A stretch of 64,000 bases of DNA from positions 25,358,001 through 25,422,000 of the forward strand of contig NC_086108.1 of the NCBI RefSeq assembly GCF_963921235.1. Direction: 5' to 3'. The notes below the pieces were generated by a model. It saw only the letters and a program-made list of their open reading frames with translations, ran no database searches and was not told the origin of the DNA. Source of the stretch: Mobula hypostoma (lineage: Eukaryota). Position 1 is the stretch's first letter; each line of letters begins with the position of its first letter. The position numbers and the translations under genes were made by a program. Shown piece by piece: positions 61,701-64,000 of the stretch.

Positions 61701-63144
61701 GCAAAGATGCTGTATTCTTACTAAGACTACATCTATTGGCCTGTAATAACAATAGGAATAGAATCAGATAGGCATAGAACCATTTAGTGCTGAAGCAGCT
61801 GTTAAGACCACTAAATCAGTGCCAACTGTCAAGCACTAATCTTGTACTAATCTCATATTATTCTCCCCACTTTCCCATCAACTCCCCTCATGTTCTTCCA
61901 CTCACCTGCACTCTAGGGGCAATTTACAAAGCTGAATTAATCTACCATCCCTTAAATATACAACATTTGCTTAACTTGTTGAAGTGTACCAGCAAAGAGC
62001 GTTAACTCTATTATAGCTATAGGACAGCTCTTTACAAAATGCATGGCCAAGTTCCTTTTGTTGAGTAAAATTATTAGAGAGTTGATTGAAATAGTCATGT
62101 TCACTTCTATAACTCCCAGCATTTAAAAGGAACAATGAGTGAAGTTGCTAGTTTTGGAAAACCAGACACTTTATTGCAAAGATGAGTATATTTGTCTGGG
62201 TGTAAGAAGACAATATGAAGTTACTGTACCATATCACTCTCTGGTGCATAATATCCTGTGTACAAAACACATTATCTTTTCAGCACATGCCTTAGTCTGA
62301 AAATAAACATGATATCTGAATATTAAACTGTAAAAGAAATAAAAATCTAATGGTCTGTGTATAAAATTTCATTCCACTTGAATGATGAAAATGCTGAATT
62401 TGACTCAATTAAAGAGGATGTGCGAGAATCAAGACTGATTTGTGGTGACCAGAAGAACTGAGTATAAGAACATAGTTGTATTTGTTACCCCATTCTGCCG
62501 CTCAATGAGCTGGGAGGCTCCAAACGATACTGTGAAACATTTAACGAGAAAAGTGAAGGGCCACTGAAAAGTGCCAGTGGATCCCCAAAGCCCTTTCATG
62601 ACTGGGAAAGAAAGGATAAAATAATTTGAATTACCACAAAATAAATGAGTCAGAAAAGAAAAGTCCAGACAAGGTTTTTGTACAATTCAGCACTCATCTC
62701 AACCCCAGAATGAATTAATGATGCACACATATGTTTTTCAAAGCCTGAGGCTTGGTAACACAGCTAGCAATACAGCTTGGTAACAATACAAAATTCAAAG
62801 AATTACTTGAAAGCTTAGTGGACAAACTCATTTCAGGTCCAGCATTTCCAGATGCACATAAAACCTGAGGGAGAAGCTTACAACAGCATGAGCTTTTGGC
62901 ACAGCCACATTACAGGAAGCACCAATACAGGAAGCCACAAGTAGACAGAAGAAGATGCAGATTAATCAAATGGCCAGGTCCTGCTAAGAAAGCAGACTTA
63001 ATACTGTTTGTTAATGGAAACAAAAAGATTAAAGTCCAGACTAAAAGAAAGATGATCTCATGAGTGCAGACATAGAAAAATGCCCTTAAAACAGATCATC
63101 AAAGTTTCTGGTGAACGCAGCAGGTTCAAACCATGAATGAAACA

Positions 63145-63480
63145 TATGGAACAAATGATAATGGAACAGTAGAAGAACCAATCAGGTTGATGGTATAGTG
63201 GACTGTAAAGGAGACTCTAATCTTGTTGTAACAGACAATCAGGTTGGAAAGTGGTCAAAGGAATTGCAGATGGAATTTAACTCAAGTGCAAAGTGATATA
63301 TTTTTGTAAGTTAAATTTGGATGGGGCACACACTGTGAATGATAGGGTCCTGGGGAGTGTTATAAGACAGAGAACCTAGGAATGCATAGTTCCCTGAAAG
63401 TGCCAGACTTGTCAGACAAGGTGGTGAAGAAGGTACTTGACACACTTGTCTTCATCAGTCGTGGCAATAAGGGTATGAGA
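63145..63480 (+). mobile_element. Degraded CR1 RT remnant
   Basis: W.KELQMEFN..KC.V and QR.LG..VH.SLK remnants. Confidence 0.6.
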
Positions 63481-63904
63481 GTAGCATTGGAACAGATTAG
63501 GACAAAATCTTGATACAAAGTCGCAAAGTACTGATGGCACATGGATGATATAAACTTGAGGTCAGCATAAATCAAAAGGGCGCACTAATATCTACGTTTG
63601 TATCCACTGCCAGTTTATCTCCAATGAAATAATAAAGCTAAAAATATGTTTAGGTTGTTAATTGACTCTAAATGAAATGCAATGTGTTATATTTATCAAA
63701 ATTCTTTGCACAATTAGATTGATGCAATTCAGAGGATGAAGTAGGAACGGAGCCTTGTGGGGTAAAGGGTCAAGCTGCAGGAATACTTCCATAGTTCTAA
63801 TATTCCATTGTGGAAGACACTATTGAATATATTGGATATTGGACATAGTGTTGCTATAACAGAGATGTTGAGAGACATGGAAAAATACACCTTGGTGATA
63901 TTGT

Positions 63905-64000
63905 GTGGCGGAGTGGATACTTCTTTACCAAAGGAGGTGTAAGGTGCTCCTTCCCTCTGCTAGCCTGCAGGTCACCGTTGGGTAAGGTGTAGCACCCACA
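63905..64000 (+). mobile_element. 5' part of second RTE-related SINE-like copy (runs off the window)
   Basis: Matches 56965-57060 (ggaggtgtaaggtgctccttccctc..cctgcaggtcacc..gggtaaggtgtagcacc). Confidence 0.7.

Noticed and set aside
1..64000. Neighbouring astrotactin exons (QLTFYT exon; TM1/ETPILD exon), miR-488 and TRIM32
   Set aside because: Searched by eye and in the ORF track; not found. They are presumably outside the window, though small exons could be missed.
1..64000. CRISPR arrays, rRNA, genuine tRNA genes, prokaryotic operons
   Set aside because: Eukaryotic intronic DNA; tRNA-like segments are SINE heads without a full cloverleaf; no repeat-spacer arrays.

Overview
Vertebrate genomic DNA, AT-rich and CpG-poor. 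The repeat spectrum (HER1/CR1-type LINEs, HE1/V-SINEs, abundant Penelope-like elements, Rex-Babar LINEs) points by inference to a cartilaginous fish, probably a batoid. Only one host coding feature is supported: a 150-bp symmetric (phase 1-1) minus-strand exon of an astrotactin gene (ASTN1/ASTN2 family, cytoplasmic-loop exon) at 15029-15178. The window is therefore best read as parts of two very large introns. The rest is a nested pile of mostly dead transposable elements (CR1, Rex-Babar, L2 and RTE LINEs; Penelope-like elements; two Gypsy lineages; solo LTRs; Tc1 and hAT MITEs; SINEs) plus repeat-poor islands that may be conserved enhancers. The most notable observations are: (i) minimal hammerhead ribozymes in Penelope-like termini, plus a recurrent class of short palindromic elements whose inversion centre sits at the hammerhead; (ii) two near-identical, inverted young CR1 copies sharing the same in-frame TAG in the RT, one inserted into an ancient CR1 at almost the homologous position; (iii) an astrotactin exon that looks intermediate between mammalian ASTN1 and ASTN2; (iv) a ~620-bp non-coding retroposon starting with a YY1-type motif. 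TE boundaries were read by eye and are approximate unless a TSD is quoted. Family assignments come from recalled motifs, not database searches.
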